Virus record (IMG/VR): IMGVR_UViG_3300007513_000013
Coordinates: 54,472-118,471 of that record
Source: a virus
Direction: 5' to 3' (one strand)
Length of the DNA stretch: 64,000 nt
In this document: positions 1-8,718 of the stretch, piece after piece
Numbering within the stretch: position 1 is the first letter of the stretch
How the letters are laid out: each line of letters starts with the position of its first letter
Position numbers and translations under genes: made by a program
The notes under the pieces: model-generated
Told to the model about the DNA's origin: nothing
The model's input: only the letters and a program-made list of their open reading frames with translations
Databases searched by the model: none

Positions 1-1
1 A

Positions 2-121
2 TTAGAAGAGTTTGATACAAATATCCCAGGCCAAACACTGGTTTATGGAGATCCCAATAATGCCGGTGGATTAAATACAAAGCCTAAAAAGTTTGCTGAC
101 GAAGAAAATGAAGGAAGTTAA
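2..121 (+). CDS. 3' end of a hypothetical protein (partial, runs off the left edge)
   Basis: Frame 2 is open from base 2 (LEEFDTNIPGQTLVYGDP...ENEGS) to TAA at 119-121, overlapping the next gene's start; it is not in the ORF track. Confidence 0.6.
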   Translation, partial: LEEFDTNIPGQTLVYGDPNNAGGLNTKPKKFADEENEGS

Positions 122-707
122 TAATTTAGTAAAAGAATGGAAGAAATTTTTATTAAAAGAAGATAAAACCTACCAAATATATTGTGATATGGATGGCGTT
201 TTAGTAGATCTGGTTGGTGCCGTCTTAGAAAAGGCACAAAAAAATGCAAAAGATGAAAAGTTAAGAAAAGGTGTTGAAAAAATTCTAGCCATTGATTGGA
301 GATGGACGGAAAAGAATCCAAAATACCAGAAATCTTTAGATTATATTGATAACATGGTAAGCAATAATGTAGAATTTTGGGCAACATTGCCCCCAACATC
401 AGATAAAGACGTTTTGTGGAGTTATATTTCACAATATGATCCAATTATCCTTTCTCACCCATGGGATGGAGAGTCTGCAGAGGGGAAAAGAGTGTGGGTT
501 TCGAATTTAATAGATCCTCAACCAATTGATGTGATACTAACAGGCGACAAACACAGGCATGCTACAACAAAAGATGGTAAACCCAACATTTTAATTGATG
601 ATTTTGAAAAATATACTGTCCCATGGGAGCAAGCAGGGGGCATTGCCATACTACATACTTCTGCAGAGGACACAATAAGCAAACTTAAGGCTTTAATGGA
701 GCAATAA
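108..707 (+). CDS. HAD-superfamily 5'(3')-deoxyribonucleotidase-like protein (NT5C type) with N-terminal virion-leader motif
   Basis: YCDMDGVLVD HAD motif I, ILS, and ILIDDF motif IV, ending in GGIAILH; N-terminus NLVKEWKKFLLKE. ATG at 108 preferred over the track's TTG at 93. Confidence 0.85.
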   Translation: MKEVNNLVKEWKKFLLKEDKTYQIYCDMDGVLVDLVGAVLEKAQKNAKDEKLRKGVEKILAIDWRWTEKNPKYQKSLDYIDNMVSNNVEFWATLPPTSDKDVLWSYISQYDPIILSHPWDGESAEGKRVWVSNLIDPQPIDVILTGDKHRHATTKDGKPNILIDDFEKYTVPWEQAGGIAILHTSAEDTISKLKALMEQ

Positions 708-1454
708 ATGAAGAAATTATTTGAAAATTGGCGAGGATTAATTAAAGAATCAAGGGGTCCAAAGGGTTTTCACTATAAAATTACACAAAGTTCCAAAACA
801 ATAGTGATTTTGCCTTTAAGTTTGCAAACTAATGAACCAGAACCAGGAAAAGCAGAGGGAAATGCAGAGGTTGTTCTTGAAAAACGCACAGATATTCCCA
901 ATTGGCAGCTAGCATGGTCTAATGCACCTGCTGATTCAGAGGGTGTTGGTACGATAATGTACCTAATGGCACTAGAATTAGCCGGAAATGAAGGTTTATC
1001 CCCCGATGATTACGATCAAAGTGATGATGCACTACGTGTTTGGGCCAAATTTATGCCCGAAAACAATAGATTTGGTGTTTCTAAGGTCAAAAAAGAGCAA
1101 TTTGCCCACGATAACGATGAAAATCCCTTCTTTTTTGTGTTCTACAAGCCGAATAGAGCCATTTTAAGCCGCTTTAAGGACCGTATATCGTATGAGGAGG
1201 GGTCGGAGGAAGAAAAGCCCGTCAAAGAGCCTGATATTGAGCCGTTCGACGTTGAAAATGACTGGGATTCTCTCTATGATGACGAAATATTGCAAGAAGA
1301 AGAGCCCTATCAGAAGAAAGTGAAGAAAAAACACCGCAGAATGAAGGTTAGACTGATTGGAAAGGGCAAAAACAAGCATAATGTGGGCAAAAAGATGAAA
1401 AAGCCGTCTTATAAGCGATCAAAAAGCGCTCCACCGGGCGCTGGTGGCTCTTAG
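708..1454 (+). CDS. Hypothetical virion-associated protein; possible GNAT-like core and Lys/Arg-rich C-tail
   Basis: ORF track; leader MKKLFENWRGLIKE; EGVGTIMY...S-D-A-L-R-V-W resembles acetyltransferase-like motifs; basic tail KKVKKKHRRMKVRLIGKGKNK...SAPPGAGGS. Confidence 0.6.
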   Translation: MKKLFENWRGLIKESRGPKGFHYKITQSSKTIVILPLSLQTNEPEPGKAEGNAEVVLEKRTDIPNWQLAWSNAPADSEGVGTIMYLMALELAGNEGLSPDDYDQSDDALRVWAKFMPENNRFGVSKVKKEQFAHDNDENPFFFVFYKPNRAILSRFKDRISYEEGSEEEKPVKEPDIEPFDVENDWDSLYDDEILQEEEPYQKKVKKKHRRMKVRLIGKGKNKHNVGKKMKKPSYKRSKSAPPGAGGS

Positions 1455-1457
1455 TGA

Positions 1458-1464
1458 CTAGTTA
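1458..1464 (+). promoter_or_regulatory. CTAGTTA, candidate phage late-promoter motif
   Basis: Intergenic, 20 nt before ATG 1485; same CTA[N]TTA consensus seen before many other genes. Confidence 0.45.
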
Positions 1465-1484
1465 TTGATAGCGAGGGAGGTTTT

Positions 1485-1685
1485 ATGCCAATTATCACTG
1501 AAATTTCCGATTTTGACCTCGAAATGATCAATATTCTGATCAAAAAAGAGCGCGAAGAGCAAAATAACGCTTTTGGGCGCCCATTTCTTCAAATACCAAC
1601 CCCAAATCCGCTAAATTGTCCGAAATTGCGCGAAATAACAGAAGAAAAACAAAATGACGACAAAATAATCATTATTGACATTTGA
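1485..1685 (+). CDS. Small hypothetical protein
   Basis: ORF with strong SD (GAGGGAGG) upstream. Confidence 0.7.
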   Translation: MPIITEISDFDLEMINILIKKEREEQNNAFGRPFLQIPTPNPLNCPKLREITEEKQNDDKIIIIDI

Positions 1686-1688
1686 AAA

Positions 1689-1695
1689 CTATTTA
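1689..1695 (+). promoter_or_regulatory. CTATTTA, candidate phage late-promoter motif
   Basis: Intergenic, upstream of gene 1724. Confidence 0.5.
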
Positions 1696-1723
1696 AACTG
1701 TATACTTTTATTTTCCCGGAGTT

Positions 1724-3658
1724 ATGCAGCATATGCCCTATAAGAACCTTGCAAGAATTATATTAGAAGAGTATTATAAGCTTATAAGCGAGTCAAAGGG
1801 CAAACTACCATCGACTATAAGCAAAATAGGTAAACCGGTTCGTATACCTACGCCTAGGCTTCCAACTATTAGGCCTGGTTTGTTAAACCTCGGAAAAACC
1901 AGCAAAATAGGACAGACTGGTCATGTTCCGGATGACGTGGGAGCGCCGCTCGAAGGTGAATTTACATATAGACCTTATGATCTTGAAGCGGCGCCGGTAA
2001 AAGAATTGACGCCTGCTGTTGGCGCGCCGCATGTAGAACCACATGGCCAGAACGTGCAGTATTTAGGGGTGCGCGAGGCTCCGGGTGAACCTGTAGATTA
2101 TAGCGCGCTAAGAACGGAACTTGGTGGCATGCTGGCGCCACATTTTCGAAAAGAACCTGTAAATCCACAAAACTATAGTAGGGTGGCAATGCCGGGAGAC
2201 GAAGGAAATTTAACGGTTCGGCCATCATATGAACAATTTGAAGAACTAGCACCAAGTGGTTTGCGCGATGTAATAAAAAGCATCACAGCGGATGTAAGGG
2301 CGGGGGTTATTACTCCACACGATGCTGCTAGCTTTGTAATCGAGTATTATCCCCGTGAAGCAATGCAATGGCACACAAGACGAGGATATCTTGCGGATGT
2401 AGAAAAAGCAGTTAAAGCAAAGATAAAAAGCATCGATCTTTACCCTAGTGCTGAAAAAGTTGCGTTAGAAAAGTTAAGATTGAAAGCTGCAGAAGCTTTT
2501 GAAGCAAACAGACCGGTGGGAGTTGCAAGCACCGGAAGGCTTGATTTATCAGGTGGTTCAACCATGGAAATACTAGCTCAAGAAAAGGCAGTTATAGACA
2601 GCATTGCTCCAAGCTTGGCGCGCCAGTATTATGGTAAGGATTATGGTAATTTAACACCTGGAGAAAGAGCGACTGTTCAGGGTATTAGTAAAAACACGCT
2701 TGATAGTATAAAAAATACGCCCCCAGCGCAACTTCGTAAAAATATTGCAAATTTGGAGGCGCGCCAAGGCCAACAGAACCCATGGGAAAAGGCTGGAGTC
2801 TCGAAAAAGCTATGGGACGAAGATGTTGCTGCGAGATGGGGACAATTAATTGATGAAGTACACCCAATGGTAGTAGATTATTATGTCGACGGAATTCGCA
2901 GTGGAAAAATTACGGGGCGCGCCCTACAACTTGCGCGTGGAACATGGATGAAAGATCCTTTTTATCGCGCAATTGTAAACAAACTGGAGGAACCCTCGCT
3001 TATCATCACTGATCATACCAAAGAACCTGCGATGACCGTTCGAAGGGACTTTAGCGAAGATCCGCGGGGCGTAACGGTTGTTGAACCCACAAAAACACAC
3101 GAGGATTACGCACCCGGGATGTCTCTTGAAGATTTTAAAGGCGTTGAGGCGCCGAGTAATTCGGAATTGGCGTGGGCTCGTCACAGGGCACATACGCAAA
3201 GGGGCCATGAGGATACAGGCCAACTCATTCCCGGAAGAACATATGGGATTCAAGCTTATGAGAGAGCGGTGAGCGAGATAGGGCGTCTAGGCATGCCTTT
3301 AACTCCCGGAGAAATAAGAGAATTGGCAACTAACAGCCCTACAGCATTGCGTGTATATCGCGACATTTTAAATTTGGGATGGGATGAGCACATTGCGCCC
3401 GGCCTCAGAACGCCACGAGTGCGCGTTCCGGAGCGTGGGTTCGATTGGGACACACACTTACAAGACGTGGAACGGGAGATACAAAGGTTTGGGTATTCTC
3501 GTTCGGCTGCAGATGTATGGGGTGAAAATCCACGTGGTGGTCTAACAGTTGTTGATGAGACACCGCCAAGAAGAAGAGGTCGCATGACAGAATTTGACGA
3601 AGCTAAAAAAATAGTACAGAAAGAATACCAAAAGTTATTGTTGGAAATCAAGAAATGA
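1724..3658 (+). CDS. Hypothetical 644-aa putative internal virion protein
   Basis: Long ORF bracketed by RIILEEYYKLISE and KIVQKEYQKLLLE; N-terminal region paralogous to the next gene. Confidence 0.8.
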   Translation: MQHMPYKNLARIILEEYYKLISESKGKLPSTISKIGKPVRIPTPRLPTIRPGLLNLGKTSKIGQTGHVPDDVGAPLEGEFTYRPYDLEAAPVKELTPAVGAPHVEPHGQNVQYLGVREAPGEPVDYSALRTELGGMLAPHFRKEPVNPQNYSRVAMPGDEGNLTVRPSYEQFEELAPSGLRDVIKSITADVRAGVITPHDAASFVIEYYPREAMQWHTRRGYLADVEKAVKAKIKSIDLYPSAEKVALEKLRLKAAEAFEANRPVGVASTGRLDLSGGSTMEILAQEKAVIDSIAPSLARQYYGKDYGNLTPGERATVQGISKNTLDSIKNTPPAQLRKNIANLEARQGQQNPWEKAGVSKKLWDEDVAARWGQLIDEVHPMVVDYYVDGIRSGKITGRALQLARGTWMKDPFYRAIVNKLEEPSLIITDHTKEPAMTVRRDFSEDPRGVTVVEPTKTHEDYAPGMSLEDFKGVEAPSNSELAWARHRAHTQRGHEDTGQLIPGRTYGIQAYERAVSEIGRLGMPLTPGEIRELATNSPTALRVYRDILNLGWDEHIAPGLRTPRVRVPERGFDWDTHLQDVEREIQRFGYSRSAADVWGENPRGGLTVVDETPPRRRGRMTEFDEAKKIVQKEYQKLLLEIKK

Positions 3659-6600
3659 AAAAAAAGAAAATCACCATCAAGATGAACGAATCAAAAAGCA
3701 AATTACCATCAACTTTAAGTAAAATAGGCAAACCTAGACCACCAGGGCCATCGCTTAAGCTACCAGTTATTAGGCCTGATTTATTAAAAATTGGCAGCCC
3801 CACTATTTCAAACACTCCACGAGCAGTAGATGCGCCACTTGAGGGTGAATTTGTATATAAACCTTATGATCCTGATGTATTAAAACCAGAGGTGCATTTG
3901 ATGCCGAAGCCGCCGGAGACACCTGATCTTGCGCGCGGGAAGCAGCCTGATTACGATTGGCTGGAAAGCGAGGTTACACCTGCGGCACCAGTAGAAACTC
4001 CAGTTATAGAGCCGTGGGAGTCGCCATTACGTTTAGACGACCGACAGCCATTAATGGCAGCCAGGGAAGAAGAAAAGCTGGTTAATGGTTTGAAAAATTT
4101 TCTTGCGAAAGAATACTCAAGCGGCCGGTATAAGGAAAAATGGTTAGATGCCGGGGTACCAGAAAAAGTGTACGATGAGCTTGTTTTGCCGCGCGTAATA
4201 AAAAAAATCAACGCCACGCCAATAATTATTTCAAGTCAAACACCTGATGGGCTTAACCCAGAAATATGGGAGAGGGCTGGTGGCGTATATGCCCCGCCGG
4301 GTGCAACTGGGACACCATGGGGGAGCGTACAAATAAGAACACCATCAGATATAGCAAAATATTCCACCGGAGGCATGTCGACCTTGGGAACACTGGCTCA
4401 TGAAGTTGGCCATGGTTTTTCTTATGATCCATATTTGGTTGCAATTTACAACAAATTCAGAAGTGCTCCTAATCCTGCGCAAGAGTTCCTAGCAAACAAA
4501 GCATTAGTTAGGAGCGGCATACCGGCTGAAATTATTCCGTATCTCAAATCGCACGGCTTAAGTGCAGCGCAGCAAGGTCTTTATCGTTACTACCCTCCGG
4601 AGCATGCGCAATCCATTTATATACCAACTGCTACACTGGCTCAAATGCAGGCTTATGAGCTAGATAGTTTACTTGATCTTGGTCAGCATGGCGGCCAGAT
4701 TGGAGACCGTCTAACACCTGGAGAATTGCTGGGTTATAAATGGGCGCAAAATTTTAAAAAATATCGTGCTGGAGACACTTCTCCAGAAGTGAAGGAAGCT
4801 GCTCTTCAGGAATATAAATGGCGAAGCAATATAGAGGAAATATATGCAGATGTAAAAGCAGTTGATGCTATTTTAAAGCGCCCAATGACAGGGAATGATA
4901 TTAGAGAAACTTGTATGGGAGTTCGTACTGTTGGTTCGGCTGCAATAAATGCTGTCCCTTCGTTTAGGGATTTTTTAAATTGCAAACACCCTGAAAAGGC
5001 TGCTTCTATATTCAACAAAATAGTCCAAATCGGCATTGCTGGTACTGGTGCTGCAGCTGTTGGTGCTTCCGAGGGAGATGGATCACAAAGCTTAAAAGAA
5101 GATACACAAAATAAAATAAACAAAATTATTTCTGAAGAAATTGAGAAAATGTTGTTAGAGGCACCTGTGATACCCGCTTCTTTTGCCGATTATTTAGATA
5201 CACCGCATGCAGCTGCTCTTCGAAGAAAAATGGACTTCTTAGGTTCAAAACATTCTCTCCCCTACCCTCAAAGCATGGACGTACGCCCGAAGGAAGAAAT
5301 CGGTGGTGGTTATACAGACGAATTTGGCTTGAAGCATCAAAAAGGTTCACAGCGCGTGACGCCCGGAGAGCAACTTAAGCACGAAATTGCAATGGGCGGC
5401 ATGAACTGGAAACAAGGTGTCCCGGGATATTATTTACCATGGGGCGGCCCTAAAGATCCTAAAGATCCCCGCGGGGCGCCAAGAGGTTGGATATATCAAG
5501 GGCCCGGAACACGAGAAGGTGGGGGTTCCACACCGGTTCCTCCGCAAAGAATGGGCGGCTCTAGTGCTCTAAAAAAAGATCCGAGTGGTTATTTTCAAAG
5601 ATTTGGAAAGGGCAAACGAACTTGGTCTGGTGTGCCAAGAGGAAAAAATAAAGGACTGAGATATGGCTACATTCCCGGCTCAGAATTAAAGGCGAAAGTG
5701 GACGAATACACCAAAACGAGAAACATACACAAAGATCTAGAAGACGAAACGTGGCAAAATTACAGAGGCCGCTCAAGTTTTTTCAGTGAAGATTCCGGAG
5801 ATTTAGATGGTCCGATTGTTCGCTCATATCAAGATCCAAAAACAGGCAAGTGGCATCAAACCACAATTGTACCGATGGCAGATCCATATAGGCAGGGACC
5901 GGATCCCAGTAAAGAGGGAAAGTCATCATGGTTAGATCTGTTTACTGGTGGCGGATCTGGTGTGGGATGGACTGGCATGCCACACACTGGTCCAAGCGCA
6001 TCGCGGCAGCTAGAATTAAACAAAGAAAGAATGCGTCGGTGTGCAAATGATCCTAAATGTCTTGATAAATTAAAATCAAAATGGGAAAAATCTAAATATT
6101 TCCCTGGAGCAACAGAAGGGTTCGGAAATCTTCCTCTCATGTGGCCTGGATGGGAACAACTTACAGATTATTGGACCGGAATACAGTCGCCCGGAACGCA
6201 TCGTGCTGCCCTACCAGATGAAAGCAGTTATCTACGACATTTGGGTGTACCCAAGAAAGCTACACAAAAGGTTTTTAATAAAAAAGATTGGCATTATTTA
6301 AACGACAGAGAGAAAGAGGTCGCTAGTTTTAACTATTGGGAGCGCAAAGAGAATAAAGATAGAATTCCTGAACTTTTGAAAAAACAAGAATCTGGTGATC
6401 TTACCGATAGAGAAAGACTGGAACTAAAAGGGTTAACGTATGTAAAGGAGTTTAGTAAAATCGCAGACAAATACAAAAAAGCGATGGGCCCGGGCTATGA
6501 ATATTCTAACCCTGCATATGCAGGTGACGTTCCTTATCAGTTTAATCTTTTCACAGATCCTATAGAAGTAACTCCAGCCGGTATACCGGCCATGCTTTGG

Positions 6601-8643
6601 AGAGGGCTAGCCAAGGGAGGCTTACGGAATATGTACAGATCATTGAAAAGTGGACAGCCTATGCCAACTGGTTTAGGTGGCGAAATTACCCCAAGGCTGG
6701 CTCATTGGTCAGAATCTCCGGTGTTGGCGAGGCTAGCTCCAAAAACAATAGACGCGGCGCAGTCTGCAGAGCTAATGCGCCAGGCGAAAGCCGCAACTGA
6801 TCCTACGCAGTTGGCCAAAGGAGCAGTAGTTGGGCCCGGGGCACTTCCGGGTGGTGAGCAAATAATACGTCCATATGAAATACCAACGCCCAAGGGGCCA
6901 AAGCCGTTTGAGCCGGTAAGAGTCGACGTAGAAAAAAGCGAAGCCTTTAAACACATTCATCAACAAGTTAAGGCTTTAAAAGATTGGCATCAAGCTAATT
7001 TTGGTGCAAGGAATTCGGTCGAAATTGAAAATATCAAAAAAGGAATAACACAACAAGCGGTAACTGGTAGGCTTTATGACCTAGAAGACCTCAAACATAT
7101 AATCATCGATCTTAAAACTAGTGGCGGTTGGGCAAGAAATCCATTTGCGGAGCTTTCACAAATAAAATATGATCCTAGGTTACTTGAAGAATCCTTAGAC
7201 AGCTTGAAAAACGTTGTTCTAGGAAAATTACAGAGTTTATTAAACGAAGACAAAGATATAGTTCTGGAAGAAATAAAGCCGCCCAAGCCCTACAAACCCA
7301 AGACTGTCAATTATAAATTTTCGTTTGGAAGAATTGGAGAGGAGCCTTTAGAAGAGCGTGATGGCGACAAACTTCATTATGGAGCATCGATGAATAAGCC
7401 TGTTTTGGCTTTTATCAATCTTGTTCTGGCCAAAAGAAAAGTCAAGCAACAGCAAACAGGAAAACCAATTAGAGCGCTAACTGATAAAGAGCTTTCAGAT
7501 TTGATTACATATACAAATTACAAAGGTGGCTCAAATAAGGTTAATAGAGCTTTAAGCAATCTTCGTTATAATCCAAAAAATCCAAAAAACGATAGAGATT
7601 ACTATAAAAAACTCAGCAAACAAGTAGGAATAACACAAGAACAAACACGAGAAATGTTAAAAGAACTTGAAATTGATAATGTAATTGGTGGCGTTCGATG
7701 GGGTGGGGCGAACAACAGGCAATCGCCGCGGGGTTATAGCCAATTCATGTCTAAAATGCTACAATATAAGTCCAATCCGGATTCTGAATTTCATGATGAG
7801 GCCACTAAAGTATTATATTATATGCAACACCGGCATGACAAGAGGAATACTGGTGCAAAAGGTTTAAAAAAATATTTAAATAAAAGACTAGAGAAAGAAG
7901 GGTATGGCAAAGATGCCATACAAACAATATATGGAAAAGGCGGATATGTAAAGGGTACCCTAAACTACTCCATCGTTATAAATGATAAATATGTCCTATC
8001 TTTGTATACAAAGTCTAAAAAACCTAAAGCATCTTCATATAAAATGAGACCAGACTTACATAAGATATCGGCTGATATTATCTTACGTAACCTCGATCCA
8101 GAAGAGTTAGGTGTTGGTGGTTATGATCGATTAAAACAGGACACGGAAATAGAAGGCTGGAATCAAAGAGAGATGGATAGAGTAGAGAAACTAGCTACTT
8201 GGGATGTTATTTCACCAGAGGACATGATGTCTGCACAAAAAATTGATGCACTAGTACCTCAAGAGGTGGACAAAGCAGTTGACCTAGATAGAGCAGAAGA
8301 GGAGCCAGATCTGCCATTGAGCAAAGAAAGACTAAATGAAGAAAAGCAACATATTGCGGTTGATATTGTACTAAAGTATAATAACGACTTTTCATTCTAT
8401 GGCTATGTGTTAAATCAAATTAGAGCAATTGATGGAATTACAATTGCAAAGGCGGATGAAGCTGGTGTTGTAGATGTTTCGCCCGAACGTCAACAAATTT
8501 TATTGCACCTTAAGTTTATGCCAATTGGCTCACTTTCACGTTATTTTTGGTATCTAAAAAATGAGCTAAAGAAGATACAGGATGCCAGTGGCGACAAGAT
8601 CGACAGTGTACAAATTCGCGGAATCCCACGACAAATAGATTAA
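3655..8643 (+). CDS. 1662-aa modular putative internal virion protein: zincin (HEVGH) module plus beta-lactamase/PBP-fold module
   Basis: TLAHEVGH at 4399 with downstream EEIYAD; SMNK (SxxK) at 7387, SNKVNRAL, NRQSPRG, and GKGG (KTG-like) at about 7936; ATGA overlap with the upstream gene. Confidence 0.8.
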   Translation: MKKKKITIKMNESKSKLPSTLSKIGKPRPPGPSLKLPVIRPDLLKIGSPTISNTPRAVDAPLEGEFVYKPYDPDVLKPEVHLMPKPPETPDLARGKQPDYDWLESEVTPAAPVETPVIEPWESPLRLDDRQPLMAAREEEKLVNGLKNFLAKEYSSGRYKEKWLDAGVPEKVYDELVLPRVIKKINATPIIISSQTPDGLNPEIWERAGGVYAPPGATGTPWGSVQIRTPSDIAKYSTGGMSTLGTLAHEVGHGFSYDPYLVAIYNKFRSAPNPAQEFLANKALVRSGIPAEIIPYLKSHGLSAAQQGLYRYYPPEHAQSIYIPTATLAQMQAYELDSLLDLGQHGGQIGDRLTPGELLGYKWAQNFKKYRAGDTSPEVKEAALQEYKWRSNIEEIYADVKAVDAILKRPMTGNDIRETCMGVRTVGSAAINAVPSFRDFLNCKHPEKAASIFNKIVQIGIAGTGAAAVGASEGDGSQSLKEDTQNKINKIISEEIEKMLLEAPVIPASFADYLDTPHAAALRRKMDFLGSKHSLPYPQSMDVRPKEEIGGGYTDEFGLKHQKGSQRVTPGEQLKHEIAMGGMNWKQGVPGYYLPWGGPKDPKDPRGAPRGWIYQGPGTREGGGSTPVPPQRMGGSSALKKDPSGYFQRFGKGKRTWSGVPRGKNKGLRYGYIPGSELKAKVDEYTKTRNIHKDLEDETWQNYRGRSSFFSEDSGDLDGPIVRSYQDPKTGKWHQTTIVPMADPYRQGPDPSKEGKSSWLDLFTGGGSGVGWTGMPHTGPSASRQLELNKERMRRCANDPKCLDKLKSKWEKSKYFPGATEGFGNLPLMWPGWEQLTDYWTGIQSPGTHRAALPDESSYLRHLGVPKKATQKVFNKKDWHYLNDREKEVASFNYWERKENKDRIPELLKKQESGDLTDRERLELKGLTYVKEFSKIADKYKKAMGPGYEYSNPAYAGDVPYQFNLFTDPIEVTPAGIPAMLWRGLAKGGLRNMYRSLKSGQPMPTGLGGEITPRLAHWSESPVLARLAPKTIDAAQSAELMRQAKAATDPTQLAKGAVVGPGALPGGEQIIRPYEIPTPKGPKPFEPVRVDVEKSEAFKHIHQQVKALKDWHQANFGARNSVEIENIKKGITQQAVTGRLYDLEDLKHIIIDLKTSGGWARNPFAELSQIKYDPRLLEESLDSLKNVVLGKLQSLLNEDKDIVLEEIKPPKPYKPKTVNYKFSFGRIGEEPLEERDGDKLHYGASMNKPVLAFINLVLAKRKVKQQQTGKPIRALTDKELSDLITYTNYKGGSNKVNRALSNLRYNPKNPKNDRDYYKKLSKQVGITQEQTREMLKELEIDNVIGGVRWGGANNRQSPRGYSQFMSKMLQYKSNPDSEFHDEATKVLYYMQHRHDKRNTGAKGLKKYLNKRLEKEGYGKDAIQTIYGKGGYVKGTLNYSIVINDKYVLSLYTKSKKPKASSYKMRPDLHKISADIILRNLDPEELGVGGYDRLKQDTEIEGWNQREMDRVEKLATWDVISPEDMMSAQKIDALVPQEVDKAVDLDRAEEEPDLPLSKERLNEEKQHIAVDIVLKYNNDFSFYGYVLNQIRAIDGITIAKADEAGVVDVSPERQQILLHLKFMPIGSLSRYFWYLKNELKKIQDASGDKIDSVQIRGIPRQID

Positions 8644-8669
8644 TTATTTTTATAAACTAAAGAAAACGC

Positions 8670-8697
8670 TTGTTTTTTTGTTAAGTTGTGTTATACT
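8670..8697 (+). promoter_or_regulatory. sigma70-type promoter (TTGTTT-16-TATACT with extended -10 TG)
   Basis: TTGTTT 8670-8675, TG 8689-8690, TATACT 8692-8697, then GAGGG SD and TTG start at 8719. Confidence 0.6.
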
Positions 8698-8718
8698 TAT
8701 ATATAGAGGGCTTGTGCG

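Noticed and set aside
1675-1706. sigma70 promoter TTGACA...TATACT before gene 1724
   Set aside because: The spacer is 20 nt, too long; the intervening CTATTTA motif is the better explanation.
3640-3670. Programmed -1 frameshift fusing the 644-aa and 1662-aa genes at the A-rich junction
   Set aside because: The A-run lies after the stop codon and no X-XXY-YYZ heptamer precedes it; the ATGA overlap is explained by translational coupling.
1790-3870. Diversity-generating retroelement template/variable repeat pair
   Set aside because: Differences between the two copies are not adenine-specific, include indels, and no reverse transcriptase is present in the window.
7300-8080. Bona fide antibiotic-resistance beta-lactamase gene
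   Set aside because: It is an internal module of a huge protein with no signal peptide, the SxN and KTG motifs are degenerate, and no omega-loop Glu was identified; only the fold is claimed.
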